Below are positions 1 through 14,304 of a DNA stretch of 64,000 bases, in pieces. The DNA comes from an uncultured delta proteobacterium. Lineage in GTDB: Bacteria > Myxococcota > Myxococcia > Myxococcales > Anaeromyxobacteraceae. Position 1 is the stretch's first letter. Each line of letters begins with the position of its first letter. The DNA is taken from assembly GCA_963766715.1 (NCBI GenBank), contig CAVYBH010000008.1, positions 320,001 through 384,000 of the forward strand. The letters are read 5' to 3'. The position numbers and the translations under genes are program-made. Under the pieces are notes generated by a model. That model was not told the DNA's origin and ran no database searches. It saw only the letters and a list, made by a program, of their open reading frames with translations.

Positions 1-505
1 CTGCTCTACGCCACCCCCACCCACGCCGCCGGGATCGTGAAGGAGATGGCCAAGGTCGGCTACCGCCCGAAGATCTTCGCCTCCTTCACGCTCTACGACC
101 GCGACACGATGTTCCGGCTGCTCGGCGACCTGTGGGAAGGGGCCTACTACGACTCGGCGCTCGCGCTCCGCGGCGAGCCGGCGGCCGACAGGATCATCGA
201 CGTGGTCGTGAAGAACGACCCCAAGCTGAAGGGGCGCGAGGGCTTCTGCGTCCAGGGCGGCGCCGACATCCTCGTCCTCGTCGAGGGGCTGAAGCGCGCC
301 GGCCGCGACCTCACCCGCGAGAAGTTCCTGGCCGCGATGGAGTCCATCAAGGACTACCAGGAGGAAGGGCTCGTGCCGGGGATCACCTTCGGCCCGGGGC
401 GCCACCACGGCCTGAACGCCGTCCGGCTCATGCGCGCCGGGAAGGCCACCGATCGCCACGCCCAAGCAGATCACTCCCTGGCAGACCTTCGCCCCGCTCT
501 TCTAG
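1..505 (+). CDS. ABC transporter substrate-binding protein, Liv/HAAT family (C-terminal part, truncated by window edge)
   Basis: Frame +1 open from base 1 (LLYATPTHAAGIVKEMAK...LVEGLKRAGRDLTREKFLAAMES). Apparent 1-nt insertion near 454; the +1 frame gives ...TPKQITPWQTFAPLF* ending at TAG 503-505. Confidence 0.8.
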
Positions 506-515
506 GGATCCGTCG

Positions 516-1274
516 GTGGGGGACCGGCTGCTCGAGGTTCGCGACCTCACGCTGAGGTTCGGAGGCATCACCGCCCTCGGCGGGGTCGACCTCTCGATCG
601 AGGAGGGAGAGACGCTCGCGGTCATCGGGCCGAACGGCTCGGGGAAGACCTCGCTCTTCAACTGCGTCACCGGCCTCTATCGCCCCACCTCGGGCAGCAT
701 CGCGTTCCAGGGGGAGAGCCTGCTCGGGCTCTCCCCCGACCGCGTCACCGCGCGCGGCGTGGCGCGCACCTTCCAGAACCTGCGGCTCTTCCTGCACATG
801 ACGGTGCTCGACAACCTGATGCTGGGGCGCCACCTCCACTTCCGGAAGAACCTGGCCGCGGCGGCCCTGCGGCTGCGCGGCGAGGAGGTCCGCCACCGGG
901 CCAAGGTGGAGGAGATCATCGAGTTCCTCGACCTGGAGGCCTGGCGCGACTCGCGGGTGGCCGGGTGCGCCTACGGCGTGCAGAAGCGGGTCGAGATCGG
1001 GCGCGCGCTCGCCACCGAGCCGCGGCTGCTGCTCCTCGACGAGCCGGTCTCCGGGCTCACCGCCGAGGAGAAGGAGGAGGTGGCCTACTGGATCCACGAG
1101 ATCCGGGGACGCTTCCACGTGACCGTGCTCCTCGTGGAGCACGACCTGCGCGTGGCCTCCCGCCTCTCCGGACGCATGGTGGTGCTCGACCGCGGGGTGA
1201 AGCTCACCGAGGGGACGCCGGAGGAGGTGCAGCGCCACCCCGGCGTGATCCGCGCCTACCTGGGGGACCAGTGA
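516..1274 (+). CDS. livG: Branched-chain-type ABC transporter ATPase (LivG-like)
   Basis: GTG start; Walker [26 protein letters not shown]-terminal VIRAYLG. Confidence 0.9.
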   Translation: MGDRLLEVRDLTLRFGGITALGGVDLSIEEGETLAVIGPNGSGKTSLFNCVTGLYRPTSGSIAFQGESLLGLSPDRVTARGVARTFQNLRLFLHMTVLDNLMLGRHLHFRKNLAAAALRLRGEEVRHRAKVEEIIEFLDLEAWRDSRVAGCAYGVQKRVEIGRALATEPRLLLLDEPVSGLTAEEKEEVAYWIHEIRGRFHVTVLLVEHDLRVASRLSGRMVVLDRGVKLTEGTPEEVQRHPGVIRAYLGDQ

Positions 1275-2065
1275 GCGAGACCCCCGCGCCCCCGATCCTG
1301 GCCGTCTCGAGCATCGAGACGCTCTACCACGACCGGATCTACGCGCTCACCGGCGTCTCCCTCGAGCTGCGCGAGCGGGAGATCTTCGCGGTGCTGGGGC
1401 CGAACGGCGCCGGCAAGACCACGCTCCTCCGGACCATCGCCGGCCTCCTGCGCGACCAGCCCAAGAAGGGCACCATCCGGCTCGACGGCCGGCGCATCGA
1501 GCGCCACCAGCCGGAGGAGGTGGCCGACGCCGGGGTGGTCTTCGTCGCCGAGGACCGCGGCCTCTTCCGCGAGCTCACCGTGGCGGAGAACCTCGACCTC
1601 GGCATGTGGGGCAAGCCGCGCCGGCAGGCCCGCGAGGATCTGGAGACGGTTCACGCCCTCTTTCCCCGGCTGCGCGAGCGCCTCCAGCAGCAGGCCGACA
1701 CGCTCTCCGGCGGCGAGCAGCAGATGCTCGCCATCGGGCGCTCGCTCCTGCGCCGGCCCCGGCTGCTCCTCCTCGACGAGCCGTCGCTCGGCCTGACCCC
1801 GGAGATGTCCCGGATCGTCTTCGACGCGCTGGTGCAGATCAGCGAGGCCGGCACCACCATCCTCCTCGTGGAGCAGAACGCCCGGCTGGCGCTGCGCGTG
1901 GCCCACCGCGCCGCCATCCTCGAGACCGGGCGCATCGTCCTCACCGGGACGCCGCAGGAGCTCTCCGAGCACCCCGACGTCCGGGACGTGTACCTGGGCA
2001 TCGGCACCGGGGACGCCACCGAGGGCAAGAGCTTCCGGCTCTACCGGAAGAGGAGGCGCTGGTGA
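1271..2065 (+). CDS. livF: Branched-chain-type ABC transporter ATPase (LivF-like)
   Basis: GTGA overlap with the previous stop; [35 protein letters not shown]. Confidence 0.9.
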   Translation: MSETPAPPILAVSSIETLYHDRIYALTGVSLELREREIFAVLGPNGAGKTTLLRTIAGLLRDQPKKGTIRLDGRRIERHQPEEVADAGVVFVAEDRGLFRELTVAENLDLGMWGKPRRQAREDLETVHALFPRLRERLQQQADTLSGGEQQMLAIGRSLLRRPRLLLLDEPSLGLTPEMSRIVFDALVQISEAGTTILLVEQNARLALRVAHRAAILETGRIVLTGTPQELSEHPDVRDVYLGIGTGDATEGKSFRLYRKRRRW

Positions 2066-3862
2066 CGGCCGTCCGAAGCCTGCCGGGCCTGCTCTACGAC
2101 CAGGCGAGCCGCCGCGCCGGCGACGTGGCCCTGCGCCACAAGGCGCTCGGGATCTGGCACCGGATCACCTGGGCCGACTACGCGGAGAACGTCCGGAAGG
2201 TGGCGGCGAGCCTCGTCGCCTTCGGCCTGCGCCACCAGGAGAACGTGGCGGTGCTGGGCGAGAATCGCCCGGAGTGGCTCTACACCTCGCTCGGCATCAT
2301 GGCCGCCGGGGGCGCCACCTGCGGCATCTACCCGACCTCGTCGCCCGAGCAGATCGTCTACCTCCTCGAGCACTCGGAGGCGCGGGTCATCTTCGTCGAG
2401 AACGAGGAGCAGCTCGAGAAGGTGCTGCCCATCCTCCCGCAGACGAAGGTCGAGCGGATGGTGGTCTGGGACGCGAAGGGGTTGTGGGGCTTCCGCGATC
2501 CGCGCGTGGTCTTCCACGAGGACTTCGAGAAGGAGGGGGACCTGCTCCGGGCCTCCGAGCCGGGGCGCCTCGACGCGGAGCTGGCCCGGGTGTCGCCCGG
2601 CGACACGGCGATGATCATCTACACCTCGGGAACCACCGGGAACCCCAAGGGCGCCATGCTCTCCCACGGGAGCGCGCTCTTCATGTCGGAGGCCCTCGTC
2701 CAGGCCTACGGCGCGCGGGACGACGACGACCTCATCAGCTACCTGCCGCTCGCCCACATCTACGAGAACCTGGGCTCGCTGCTCCTGCACCTGCGGGTCG
2801 GCTTCGTCGTGAACTTCGTGGAGAGCCTCGACACGCTCTTCCAGAACCTGCGCGAGGTCTCGCCCACCTACTTCGCCAGCGTGCCGCGCATCTGGGAGAA
2901 GCTCGCCTCCACCATCGAGCTGCGCATGGCCGACTCCACCTGGCTGAAGCGCGTGCTCTACGCGCAGGCGGTCCGGGTGGGGCGCCGGTTCGAGGAGGCG
3001 CGCGGCAAGGGCCCCGTGCCCGCCGGCGCTCCGCCTCGCCCGCTTCCTGACGTACTGGATGGTCTTCGAGCCGCTCAAGCGGCGCATCGGGTTCGACCGG
3101 GCCCGGCTGGCCTTCAGCGGCGCGGCCCCGGCCTCCCCCGAGCTCTTCGGCTACTTCCAGGCCATGGGGATCCCGCTCGTGGAGGGATACGGCATGACCG
3201 AGTCGACCGGGGTCATCGCCGTGAACCGCCCGGACCGACCGCTGGTGGGGACGGTGGGCGAGCCGCTGCCGGGCGTCGAGGTGGTGCTGGCCGAGGACGG
3301 CGAGATCCTCACGCGCGGCCCCCACGTCTTCAAGGGCTACTTCAAGGATCCCGAGCAGACCGCGAAGACCATCGACCCGGACGGCTGGCTCCACACCGGC
3401 GACGTGGGCAAGTGGGTGGACGGCCGGCTCCAGATCATCGACCGCAAGAAGGACCTCATCATCACCGCCGGCGGGAAGAACATCGCCCCGGCCTACCTCG
3501 AGAACAAGCTCAAGTTCAGCTCCTACATCCAGGACGCGGTGGTCATCGGCGACCGGCGCAAGTACGTGGTGGCGCTCATCCTCATCGACGAGGACAACGT
3601 CACCAAGTTCGCGCAGGACAACCGGCTCCCCTTCGCCACCTTCGCCGAGCTCACCCAGGCGGCCGAGATCCAGAAGCTCATCGCGCAGGAGGTGGACCAG
3701 GTGAACCGGACGCTCTCGCAGGTCGAGTCCATCAAGAAGTTCGCGCTCCTGCCGCGCCGCTTCTACGAGGAGGAAGGCGACGTCACGCCCACCAAGAAGG
3801 TGAAGCGGCGGAACCTGGAAGTGCGCTACGCCGAGCTCATCGAGTCGCTGTACCGGGGCTGA
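2062..3862 (+). CDS. Long-chain acyl-CoA synthetase (AMP-binding), frame break near 3020-3050
   Basis: [52 protein letters not shown]- and C-halves lie in different frames. Confidence 0.88.
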
Positions 3863-3865
3863 CGC

Positions 3866-4846
3866 ATGGATCTGGTCGAGAACTACCGCGAGGAGCTCCG
3901 CTTCGCCCGCAAGCCGCTGGGGCGGGCCCTGCTCGTGCTGCTCCTCCTGGCGCTCGCGCTCCTGCCCTGGTGGGGACCGCGGGCCTGGCTCAGCCACGCC
4001 AGCAAGGTGTGGCTCCTCGCCGTGGGGGTCATCGGCCAGAACCTGCTCATGGGCTACGCCGGGCTCATCTCCTTCGGACAGGCGGGCTTCCTGGCCATCG
4101 GGGCGTACACGTTCGGTCACCTGCGCATGGCCGGCGTCCCCTTCTCGCTCTCGCTCGCCGCGGCGGGCGGCGCCGCCGGGCTGGTGGGCTGGCTGGTGGG
4201 CTTCCCCTCGCTCCGGCTCAAGGGGCCCTACCTGGCCATCGCCACCCTCGGCTTCGGCACGGCCGTCTACCAGATCTTCGCCAACGTGGAGTGGCTCTCC
4301 GGCGGCCGGACGGGCCTCCCCATCCCGCCGCTCCAGCCCCCCTTCGGCATGGTGCGGGACACCTGGCTCTACCTCGTCTACTTCGGGATCTTCCTCCTCT
4401 TCACCGGCACGGCCTACAACCTCATCTCGTCCTACGTGGGGCGCGCCTTCGTGGCCGTGCGCGACAGCGACATCGCCGCCGAGGCCATGGGCGTGAACCT
4501 GTCCCGCTACAAGCTGCTCGCCTTCGCCATCTCCTCCTTCTACACGGGGGTGAGCGGCGCGCTCATGGCGCAGTACCTGGGCCACCTCGAGCCGCAGGCC
4601 TTCAACATCTCGGAGTCGATGACCTTCTTCGTGGCGGTGATCGTGGGAGGGCTCGCCTCGATCGAGGGGTCGGTCTTCGGAGCCGCCTTCGTGGTGCTGG
4701 TGCCGGCCCTGCTCGGCTCCTTCCGCTGGGCGGTGCCGGTGCTCTTCGGGACGGCCATCCTCTCGGTCCTGATCTTCGAGCCGCTCGGGCTCGCCGGCAT
4801 GTGGCTGAAGACACGCCTCTACTTCCGCCTCTGGCCGTTCCGCTAG
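3866..4846 (+). CDS. livM: Branched-chain-type ABC permease (LivM-like)
   Basis: [30 protein letters not shown], multiple TM segments. Confidence 0.88.
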   Translation: MDLVENYREELRFARKPLGRALLVLLLLALALLPWWGPRAWLSHASKVWLLAVGVIGQNLLMGYAGLISFGQAGFLAIGAYTFGHLRMAGVPFSLSLAAAGGAAGLVGWLVGFPSLRLKGPYLAIATLGFGTAVYQIFANVEWLSGGRTGLPIPPLQPPFGMVRDTWLYLVYFGIFLLFTGTAYNLISSYVGRAFVAVRDSDIAAEAMGVNLSRYKLLAFAISSFYTGVSGALMAQYLGHLEPQAFNISESMTFFVAVIVGGLASIEGSVFGAAFVVLVPALLGSFRWAVPVLFGTAILSVLIFEPLGLAGMWLKTRLYFRLWPFR

Positions 4847-4852
4847 GTGCAC

Positions 4853-5734
4853 ATGGCCCGATTCCTCCAGTACGCGCTGTCCGGCCTCTCGGCGGGGAGT
4901 CTCTACGCGCTGGTCGCGCTGGGGCTCGTGCTCATCTACCGGTCCACCCGGGTGCTCAACTTCGCCCACGCCGACATGGCCACGGTGGGGACCTTCATCG
5001 CCTTCTCGATGATCTCGAGCGGGATGCCCTTCTGGCTGGCGTTCGTGATGGCGCTGCTGGCGGGCGCCGTGGTGGCGGTGGTCTTCTACTTCGCCGCGCT
5101 CGTCCCGGCCCAGCGCAAGGGAGCGAACCACCTCGGGCAGGTGATCCTGACCATCGGGCTCGCGTTCATCCTGCAGGGCCTCACGCTCTACCAGTGGGGC
5201 GCCGAGCCCGAGCGGTTCCCCTTCCCGCTCTCCGACACCAAGGTCTGGCAGGTCGGGCCGGTCTTCGTCTCCGAGCTCGCGCTGGGGACGCTCGCCGCCG
5301 CCGCCGTGGCGAGCCTCCTGCTCTACCTCCTCATCCAGAAGACGCGGCTCGGGCTGGCCATGCGGGCCACGTCCGAGAACCTCCAGGCCGCGCAGACCCT
5401 CGGGATCCCGACCCGGGGCGTGCTGGCCCTCGCCTGGGGCGTGGCCGCGGCGCTCGCGGTGGTGGCCGGCGTGTTCCTCGCCCCCTCGTCCTTCCTCGAC
5501 CCGTTCTTCATGCTGGACGCCCTGTTCAAGGGGCTGGCGGCCGCGGTGCTGGGGGGCCTGAACAGCCTGCCCGGCGCCGTCCTGGGAGGGCTGCTCCTCG
5601 GGGTGGCGGAGAGCCTCGGCGGCGCCTACGTGTCGCTCGAGTTCAAGACCTCGCTCGCCTTCATCCTCATCGTGGCGGTGCTGCTCGTCCGGCCCGAGGG
5701 GCTCCTGGGCAAGGAGTTCCAGGAGCGGGTGTAG
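4853..5734 (+). CDS. livH: Branched-chain-type ABC permease (LivH-like)
   Basis: [12 protein letters not shown]...NFAH, GLAMRA, AVLGGL, RPEGLLG. Confidence 0.88.
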   Translation: MARFLQYALSGLSAGSLYALVALGLVLIYRSTRVLNFAHADMATVGTFIAFSMISSGMPFWLAFVMALLAGAVVAVVFYFAALVPAQRKGANHLGQVILTIGLAFILQGLTLYQWGAEPERFPFPLSDTKVWQVGPVFVSELALGTLAAAAVASLLLYLLIQKTRLGLAMRATSENLQAAQTLGIPTRGVLALAWGVAAALAVVAGVFLAPSSFLDPFFMLDALFKGLAAAVLGGLNSLPGAVLGGLLLGVAESLGGAYVSLEFKTSLAFILIVAVLLVRPEGLLGKEFQERV

Positions 5735-5757
5735 GGGCCGAGGAACGGCCCGGACCC

Positions 5758-6525
5758 CTACGGCAGCGCGCCCGGCTTCTTCTTCTCGAAGAAGGCGCCC
5801 ATGGCCGCACGCGCCTCCGGCGACGAGAGCCGCTCCCCGAAGATGCGGATCTCCTCGTCCATCCGCTCCTCGAGGGCGCGGGCGTGGGGGCGCTTGAGCA
5901 GCTCCTTCGTGATCCGCACCGACTCGCGCGGGAGCGCCGCGACCGCCTTCGCCATCTCGCGGGCGTGGTCGAGCAGCCGTTCCTCGGGCACCACCTCGTT
6001 CACGAGCCCGGCCGCGCGGGCCGCCTCCGCGCCGAACGGGCGCCCGAGGAGCAGCATCTCGGAGGCGCGCTGGTGGCCGGCGAGCATGGGGAGGAGCAGG
6101 CTCGAGCCGCCCTCCGGCGCGAGCCCCAGCGGGACGAAGGGCATCTGGAAGCGGGCGTTCGGCGCGGCGTAGACGAGGTCGCAGTGGAGGAGCAGGGTCG
6201 TGCCGATCCCCACCGCCACGCCGCCCACCGCGGCCACGACGGGCTTCCTGGCGCCGCGGATGGCGGCCAGGAAGCGGGAGGCCGGCGCGCCCACGCCGGC
6301 CCCGTGGCTCACGTTCAGGAAGTCGGCGAGGTCGTTGCCGGCGGTGAAGCAGCCGGGCTGGCCGTGCACGAGGATCACGTGGACCTCGGGGTCGGCCTCG
6401 GCGCGGTCGAACGCGTCGGACATCGCCGTGTACATCTCCTGGGTCAGCGCGTTCTTCTTCTCCGGCCGGTGGATCTCGATGCTCGCGATCCGCCCGGCCG
6501 TGGCCGTCCGCACGTGCTCCGTCAT
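5758..6525 (-). CDS. Enoyl-CoA hydratase/isomerase (crotonase family)
   Basis: MTEHVRT...[38 protein letters not shown]. Confidence 0.88.
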   Translation of the reverse strand: MTEHVRTATAGRIASIEIHRPEKKNALTQEMYTAMSDAFDRAEADPEVHVILVHGQPGCFTAGNDLADFLNVSHGAGVGAPASRFLAAIRGARKPVVAAVGGVAVGIGTTLLLHCDLVYAAPNARFQMPFVPLGLAPEGGSSLLLPMLAGHQRASEMLLLGRPFGAEAARAAGLVNEVVPEERLLDHAREMAKAVAALPRESVRITKELLKRPHARALEERMDEEIRIFGERLSSPEARAAMGAFFEKKKPGALP

Positions 6526-7727
6526 GGGGTTGCCTCCAGTACCATCGCCAGTCCCTGCCCGACGCCGATGCATAGGCTCACCACGGCGTGGCGGCCACCC
6601 CGGCGGCGCAGCTCCCGGGCGGCGGTCAGGGCGAGCCGCGCGCCGGACGCGCCCAGGGGATGGCCCAGCGCGATGGCGCCGCCGTTGGGGTTCACGCGCC
6701 CGTCGTCGAAGGGGACGCGCAGGAGCTTCAGGCAGGCGAGCGCCTGGCTGGCGAAGGCCTCGTTCAGCTCGATCACGTCCATCCGCGCGAGCGAGAGCCC
6801 GGCGCGGTCGAGCGCCTTGGGGATCGCGAAGACCGGGCCGAGCCCCATGAGGCGCGGCTCGACGCCGGCCGCGCCCGCCGACAGGATCCGCGCCAGCGGC
6901 CGGACCCCGGCCTTCTCGCCGGCGGCGCGCGAGCCCACCAGCAGGGCGGCGGCGCCGTCGTTCACGCCCGAGGCGTTGCCGGCGGTGACCACGCCACCGG
7001 GGAAGAGCGGCCGCAGCCGCGCCAGGGCCTCGAGCGTGGTGCCCGGCCGCGGGTGCTCGTCCTCCCGCACCACCGAGGGGCTTCCCTTCCCGGGGCCGGG
7101 GACCTCGACCGGCTGGATCTCGCCCGCGAGGAAGCCGTCCTGGCGGGCCCGCTCGGCCCGCTCCTGCGAGCGGAGCGCGAACCGGTCGGCCTCGTCGCGG
7201 GTGACGGCGTGCTCCCGGGCCACGTTGTCGCCGGTCTCGGGCATGGAGTCGGACCCGAACCGCTCCACCAGGCGCGGATTGGGGAACCGCGCGCCGATGG
7301 TGGTGTCGAAGGCGCGGATCTCCCGGGCGTACGGGGTCTCCGACTTGGCCACCGCGAAGGGGGCCCGGCTCATGCTCTCCACGCCTCCGGCCAGGTAGAG
7401 GTCGCCGTCCCCCACCGTCACCGCGCGGGCCGCGTCCACCACCGCCGCCAGGCCGCTGGCGCAGAGCCGGTTCACGGTCTGTGCGGGCGTGGTCACCGGG
7501 AAGCCGGCCAGCAGCGCGGCGTGCCGCGCCACGTTCCGGGAGTCCTCGCCGGCCTGGTTGGTGCATCCGACGTAGACGTCCTCGAGGTCCTCGGGCTTCC
7601 ACGGCGAGCGGGCCACGAGCGCGCGCATCACCCCGGCCAGGAGGTCGTCGGGGCGCACCGGCGCGAGCGCGCCGGCGTGGCGGCCGAAGGGCGTGCGCAG
7701 CCCGTCGTAGATCCAGGCGTCGAGCAT
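6522..7727 (-). CDS. pcaF: Thiolase, 3-oxoadipyl-CoA thiolase-like
   Basis: [58 protein letters not shown]. Confidence 0.85.
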   Translation of the reverse strand: MLDAWIYDGLRTPFGRHAGALAPVRPDDLLAGVMRALVARSPWKPEDLEDVYVGCTNQAGEDSRNVARHAALLAGFPVTTPAQTVNRLCASGLAAVVDAARAVTVGDGDLYLAGGVESMSRAPFAVAKSETPYAREIRAFDTTIGARFPNPRLVERFGSDSMPETGDNVAREHAVTRDEADRFALRSQERAERARQDGFLAGEIQPVEVPGPGKGSPSVVREDEHPRPGTTLEALARLRPLFPGGVVTAGNASGVNDGAAALLVGSRAAGEKAGVRPLARILSAGAAGVEPRLMGLGPVFAIPKALDRAGLSLARMDVIELNEAFASQALACLKLLRVPFDDGRVNPNGGAIALGHPLGASGARLALTAARELRRRGGRHAVVSLCIGVGQGLAMVLEATP

Positions 7728-7749
7728 CGGGGAGCCCCGGCCCGGCGGG

Positions 7750-8928
<1,179 letters not shown>

Positions 8929-8942
8929 GGCGTTCTCCGGAG

Positions 8943-11030
8943 CTAGGTGAAGGACTTCCCCTCGGCGGCGAGCCGGGCGAGGAGCGCGGCCGGCTTCCAG
9001 AAGGCGCGGTCGGCGTGAGGGAGCGCGCCGAACCGGTCCATGGAGCGGACCACGTGGAAGAGGCCGGCCTCGTCGGCGTAGCGCATGGGGCCGCCGCGGA
9101 AGACCGGGAAGCCGTAGCCGGTGAGGTAGACCATGTCGATGTCGGAGGCGCGCAGCGCGATGCCCTCCTCGAGGATGCGCGCGCCCTCGTTCACGAGCGC
9201 GTAGACGCAGCGCTCGACGATCTCGTCGTTCGGGATCTTCCGCCGGGCGATCCCCATCTCCTTCGAGCCGGCCACGACGATCTCCTCCACCACCGGATCG
9301 GGGATGGGATCGCGCTTCCCGGCCTCGTACCGGTACCAGCCCGCGCCGGTCTTCTGCCCGAAGCGCCCCAGCTCGCAGACCTTGTCGGCGATGACCTGGC
9401 GCGGCTCGTCGGGGTGCTCGGCGTAGTGGCGCTTGCGGATGTACCAGCCGATGTCGTTGCCGGCCAGGTCGGAGACCCGGAACGGCCCCATCACGAAGCC
9501 CCACTTCTCGAGGGCCCGGTCCACCTGCTGCGGCAGCGCCCCCTCGGCGAGCAGGGACAGGCACTGGTTCAGGTAGCCGTGCAGCATCCGGTTCCCGATG
9601 AACCCGTCGCAGACGCCGGAGACCACGCCGGTCTTCTTGAGCTTCTTCGAGAGGGCCATCACCGTGGCCAGCACGTCCTTCGCGGTCTCGCGGCCGCGGA
9701 CGATCTCGAGCAGCTTCATGACGTTGGCGGGGCTGAAGAAGTGGGTCCCGACCACGTCCTGCGGGCGCCGCGTGAACGAGGCGATGCGGTCCACGTCGAG
9801 CGTGGAGGTGTTGGTGGCGAGGATGGCGCCCGGCTTCATCACCTCGTCGAGCCGGCGGAACACCTTCTCCTTCACCGCCATGTCCTCGAAGACCGCCTCG
9901 ACGACGATGTCGGCCTGCCCGAGCGCCGCGTAGTCGAGCGTGGGGCGGAGGAGCGCCATCCGCTCCTCGACCTGGGCCAGGGTCAGCTTCCCCTTCTTCG
10001 CCGAGCCCTCGTAGTTCTTGCGGATGACCGCGAGCCCCTTGTCGAGGGCCTCCTGCTTCACCTCCAGCACCATCACCGGGATGCCGGCGTTGGCGAAGTT
10101 CATGGCGATGCCCCCGCCCATGGTCCCGGCGCCGATCACCGCCGCCGATCGGATGGGGCGGGTGGGCGTGTCCTCCGGGACGTCGGGGATCTTGGAGGCG
10201 GCGCGCTCGGCGAAGAAGGCGTGGCGCAGCGCCCGCGACTCCGGCGTCTGGACCAGCGCCAGGAAGGCGTCGCGCTCCCAGGCCAGCCCCTCCTCGAAGG
10301 GCTTCGTGGCCGCGACCTCGATCGCGTCCACGCAGCGGGCCGGGGCCGGGTAGTCCTTGGCCACCGCCTTCACGGTGTTCCGCGCGAAGGCCACGAAGGC
10401 CGGCGCGCGCGGGTCGGTGAGCGGGAGGTTCCGGACGAGCGGCAGGGGGCGCACGTCGGCCACCTTCGTGGCGAAGGCCACCGCGCCCTCGAGCAGGTCG
10501 CCCTCGACGATGGCGTCGAAGAGGGCGGTCTTGCCGAGCTTCTCGGAGGGCACCGGCGCCCCGGAGACGATCATGTTGAGCGCCGCCTCGATGCCCACCA
10601 CGCGCGGGAGCCGCTGCGTCCCCCCGGCGCCCGGGAGCAGGCCGAGCTTCACCTCCGGCAGCGCGATCTGCGCGCCGGGCGCGGCCACCCGGTAGTGGCA
10701 CCCCAGCGAGAGCTCCAGCCCGCCTCCCATGCACACCGCGTGGATGGCGGCGACGACCGGCTTGGGGCACTGCTCCACGACCCGGATCAGGCTGTGGAGG
10801 TTGGGCTCGGCCAGCGCCTTCGGCGAGTTGAACTCCTTGATGTCGGCGCCCCCGGAGAAGGCCTTGCCGGCGCCCGCCAGGACGATGGCCTTCACGGCCG
10901 GATCGGCGACGGCCCGGTCGAGGCCCGCCACGATCCCGCTCCGCAGCTCGTGGCCGAGCCCGTTCACCGGGGGGTTGTCGAGGGTGATGACCGCCACCGC
11001 GCCGCGCGTCGTGTAATGGGCCTGGCTCAT
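8943..11030 (-). CDS. Bifunctional enoyl-CoA hydratase / 3-hydroxyacyl-CoA dehydrogenase (PimF/FadB-like)
   Basis: N-terminal crotonase ([19 protein letters not shown]) plus [27 protein letters not shown]. Confidence 0.92.
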   Translation of the reverse strand: MSQAHYTTRGAVAVITLDNPPVNGLGHELRSGIVAGLDRAVADPAVKAIVLAGAGKAFSGGADIKEFNSPKALAEPNLHSLIRVVEQCPKPVVAAIHAVCMGGGLELSLGCHYRVAAPGAQIALPEVKLGLLPGAGGTQRLPRVVGIEAALNMIVSGAPVPSEKLGKTALFDAIVEGDLLEGAVAFATKVADVRPLPLVRNLPLTDPRAPAFVAFARNTVKAVAKDYPAPARCVDAIEVAATKPFEEGLAWERDAFLALVQTPESRALRHAFFAERAASKIPDVPEDTPTRPIRSAAVIGAGTMGGGIAMNFANAGIPVMVLEVKQEALDKGLAVIRKNYEGSAKKGKLTLAQVEERMALLRPTLDYAALGQADIVVEAVFEDMAVKEKVFRRLDEVMKPGAILATNTSTLDVDRIASFTRRPQDVVGTHFFSPANVMKLLEIVRGRETAKDVLATVMALSKKLKKTGVVSGVCDGFIGNRMLHGYLNQCLSLLAEGALPQQVDRALEKWGFVMGPFRVSDLAGNDIGWYIRKRHYAEHPDEPRQVIADKVCELGRFGQKTGAGWYRYEAGKRDPIPDPVVEEIVVAGSKEMGIARRKIPNDEIVERCVYALVNEGARILEEGIALRASDIDMVYLTGYGFPVFRGGPMRYADEAGLFHVVRSMDRFGALPHADRAFWKPAALLARLAAEGKSFT

Positions 11031-12163
11031 TTGCTCTCCGTGATGAAGCGCTCCAGGTGGTACTCGGTGTCGCCCAGCGACAGCTCGATGGCGAGCAGCC
11101 GCTTGAAGCAGTGGCTCACCGCCAGCTCGTCGGTGACCCCCATGCCGCCGTGGAGCTGCACCGCCTGCTGCCCCACGAACCGGCAGGCCTGCCCCACCGT
11201 CACCTTGGCCGCCGACAGGGTGCGGCGCCGCTCCCGGACGTCCTCCGAGGCGGCGTACATCGAGGCCAGGTAGCTCATGGATCGGGCCTGCTCCACCTGC
11301 ATGAGCATGTCGGCCATGCGGTGCTGGAGCGCCTGGAACCGGGCGATGGGCTGGCCGAACTGCTTGCGGGTCCGCGTGTACTCGAGGGTGGCGTCGAGCG
11401 TGGCCTGCAGCACGCCCACCGCCTCGGCGCAGAGCGCGGCCACGCCCAGGTCCCAGGCCGCCGAGAGCGCGGGGAAGGCTCCGCCCTCCGGGCCCAGCAG
11501 CGCGTCCTCGGGGAGGGAGACCGCCGAGAGCACCACGTCGGCCCCCCGCTGCCCGTCGATGGTGGGGTACGGGACGAGCTTCACGCCGGGTGACGAGGGC
11601 GGGACGGCGAAGAGGGAGATCCCCGCCTCCTCGTCCTCCCGGCCGGAGGTGCGGGCGGTGACGAGCAGCAGGTCGGCGGCGGGCGCGTGCAGGACCACGG
11701 CCTTTCGTCCGTCGAGGACCCAGCCCGGGCCGGACCGGCGGGCGGCGGTGGCGACGCGGGAGAGGTCGTAGCGGGCGCCCTCCTCGCCGTGGGCGGGCAC
11801 GGCGATCCGCTCGCCGGCGGCCATGGCGGGGAGGAGGCCGGCCTGCTGCGCGGGAGAGCCCAGCGCGCGGACGAGGGCGGTGCCGAGGATGGCCGAGGAG
11901 AGGTACGGCTCGACGGAGAGGGCGCGCCCCAGCGCCGTGCAGGTGAGCAGGGTCTCGACGGCCGCCGGCGCCATGCCGCCGTGCGCCTCCGGGATTTGAA
12001 GTCCGAGCAGCCCCATCTCCCCGAGCTTCGCCCAGGTCTCGCGGCTCCAGCCCGCGTCCGACCGGAGGATCCGGCGCCGCGCCTCGAAGCCGTACTCCTG
12101 GGCCAGGAAGCGCTGGACCATCTCGCCCAGCGCGCGCTGCTCGTCGGTCAGGTTGAAGTGCAT
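11027..12163 (-). CDS. Acyl-CoA dehydrogenase, small subunit (PimD-like)
   Basis: [32 protein letters not shown]. Confidence 0.88.
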   Translation of the reverse strand: MHFNLTDEQRALGEMVQRFLAQEYGFEARRRILRSDAGWSRETWAKLGEMGLLGLQIPEAHGGMAPAAVETLLTCTALGRALSVEPYLSSAILGTALVRALGSPAQQAGLLPAMAAGERIAVPAHGEEGARYDLSRVATAARRSGPGWVLDGRKAVVLHAPAADLLLVTARTSGREDEEAGISLFAVPPSSPGVKLVPYPTIDGQRGADVVLSAVSLPEDALLGPEGGAFPALSAAWDLGVAALCAEAVGVLQATLDATLEYTRTRKQFGQPIARFQALQHRMADMLMQVEQARSMSYLASMYAASEDVRERRRTLSAAKVTVGQACRFVGQQAVQLHGGMGVTDELAVSHCFKRLLAIELSLGDTEYHLERFITESK

Positions 12164-12172
12164 CGCGCGCCC

Positions 12173-13368
12173 CTAGAGCCCCAGGATCATCTGGGTGATG
12201 ATGTTCTTCTGGATCTCGTTCGAGCCGCCGTAGATCGAGGCCTTGCGCATGTTGCAGTAGGTGGCCGCGAGCGGCGCCGCGTAGTCCGGCCCGGCCCGCT
12301 CGCCCTGGAACCCGCCGGAGAGCGCCTCGATCCGGAAGGGCAGCGCGTAGGGGCCCACCGCCTGGACCATGAGCTCGGTGAGGGCCTGCTGGATCTCGGT
12401 GCCCTTGATCTTGAGGAGGGAGGCCTCCGGGCCCGGGGCGCGCTTCTCCGCCTCGGCGGAGAGGACCCGGAGGTTGGTGATCTCGAGCGCCATGAGGTCG
12501 ATCTCGACCTGGGCGAGGCGCGCGGCGAAGGCGGGGTCCTCGGCGAGGGGTCGCCCGTGCTTCCGCTCGGTCGCGGCGATCCGCTTCAGCCGCGCCAGCT
12601 CCCGCTTCGAGCCGCCGATGCCGGCGATGTTGGCGCGCTCGTGGCCGAGGAGGAACTTGGCGTAGGTCCAGCCCTTGTTCTCCTCGCCCACCAGGTTCTC
12701 GACCGGAACCTTCACGTCCTCGAACCAGACCTCGTTCACCTCGTGGCCGCCGTCGAGCATGACGATGGGGCGCACGGTCACGCCGGGCGTCCGCATGTCG
12801 ACGAGCAGGAAGGAGATGCCGGCCTGGGCCTTGGCGGCGCGGTCGGTGCGGACCAGGCAGAGATCCAGTCGGCGTGCTGGGCCAGCGTGATCCAGGTCTT
12901 CTGGCCGTTCACCACGTAGTGGTCGCCGTGGCGCTCGGCGCGGGTGCGCAGGGACGCGAGATCGGAGCCGCTCTCCGGCTCGGAGTACCCCTGGCACCAC
13001 CAGTCCTCGCCCGAGAGGATGCGGGGCAGGAACCGCCGGTGCTGGGCCGGGCTCCCGAAGCGCATGATCACCGGCCCGACCATCTTCAGGCCGAAGGGGA
13101 GCAGGCGCGGCGCGCCGGCGGCGGCGCACTCCTCCTCGAAGATGTACTGCCGGACGGGGTCCCAGCCGGTGCCCCCGAACTCGGCGGGCCAGTTCGGGCC
13201 GCCCCAGCCCTTCCGGTGCAGGGTGCGCTGCCACTCGACGGTGGCCTCCGGGGGGACGTGCAGCCCCTCGAGCACGAGGTGGCGCACCGGGGCGGGCAGG
13301 CTCGAGTCCAGGAAGGCGCGCACCTCCTCGCGGAAGCGCTGCTCCTCCGGGGTGAACGTGAGGTCCAT
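12173..13368 (-). CDS. Acyl-CoA dehydrogenase, large subunit (PimC-like), frame break near 12860
   Basis: MDLTFTPEE, WCQGYSEPESGSDLASL, NGQKTW, SIYGGSNEIQKNII. Confidence 0.88.
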
Positions 13369-13404
13369 GGGCCCTCCCCCGGTTCCTCGCGGCCCCGGTC
13401 GTCT

Positions 13405-13421
13405 GTTTCGCTCTGCGAAAC
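13405..13421. promoter_or_regulatory. Palindromic operator GTTTCGC-TCT-GCGAAAC (probable IclR-family site)
   Basis: Perfect 7-bp inverted repeat with 3-nt spacer in a divergent intergenic region; near-identical copy at 18827-18843 beside the IclR gene. Confidence 0.65.
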
Positions 13422-13451
13422 GCCCGTCCGACTTGCGGACTGAAGAACCAC

Positions 13452-13481
13452 CCCGTAACACGCGCTTGTTGACGGTGGCAA
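13452..13481 (-). promoter_or_regulatory. Putative sigma70-type promoter for the pim-like operon (TTGCCA-N18-TACGGG, TG extension)
   Basis: Same geometry and shared 12-mer CCGTAACACGCG as the promoter at 18854-18883. Confidence 0.45.
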
Positions 13482-13525
13482 GCCGGGGATGCCAGGATCC
13501 GGGCCCGCCCAGAGAGGATATCCCA

Positions 13526-14300
13526 ATGAGCCTGAGACGACTGCTCGACCTGTCCGGAAAGGTGGCGCTCGTCACCGGAGGCTCCCGCGGGCTCGGCCTG
13601 CAGATGGCGGAGGCGCTCGGCGAGATGGGCGCCCGGGTGGCCATCACCGCCCGCAAGGCGGCGGAGCTGGAGCAGGCGGCGAAGCACCTGGAGGCGCAGG
13701 GGGTGGAGGTCCTCCCGGTGCCGGTCGACCTCGGGCGCCGGGAGAACGTCGCGAAGACGCTCGAGCCCGTGCTGGAGCGCTTCGGCACCGTCGACATCCT
13801 GGTGAACAACGCCGGCACCACCTGGGGCGCCCCCGCCGAGGACTACCCGGCCGAGGCCTGGGACAAGGTGATGCGGCTCAACATCGACGCCATGTTCTTC
13901 CTCAGCCAGGCGGTGGCGCGGCAGTGCATGATCCCGCGCCGCTCCGGGAAGATCGTGAACGTGGCGTCCGTGGCCGGCCTGCTCGGGAACCCGCCCGGGA
14001 TGTCCACCATCGCCTACAACGCCAGCAAGGGCGCCGCGGTGAACCTGACCCGGGCGCTCGCGGTGGAGTGGGGCAAGTACGACATCAACGTGAACGCCAT
14101 CTGTCCGGGCTTCTTCCCGTCGAAGATGACCCACGGCATCCTCGACGCCATCGGCGAGATGGTGATCGCGAGCACGCCGCTCGGTCGCCTGGGCGGCGAG
14201 GAGGACCTGAAGGGCACGGTGGTCTTCCTGGCCTCGGACGCTTCCCGCCACCTCACCGGCCAGTGTCCTGGTCGTGGACGGCGGCGCCTCCCTCTGGTGA
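13526..14300 (+). CDS. Short-chain dehydrogenase/reductase, frame break near 14264
   Basis: TGGSRGLG, NNAG, YNASKG, NAICPG; the +1 frame completes VLVVDGGASLW*. Confidence 0.88.
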
Positions 14301-14304
14301 TCCC

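Noticed and set aside
1606..7398. 1930-aa ORF
   Set aside because: Only 2062 to about 3030 is real (ligase N-half); the rest is off-frame read-through in stop-poor GC-rich DNA.
13404..13422. parS-like site
   Set aside because: Resembles TGTTTCACGTGAAACA only in its arms; the centre and spacing differ, and the context favours an IclR operator.
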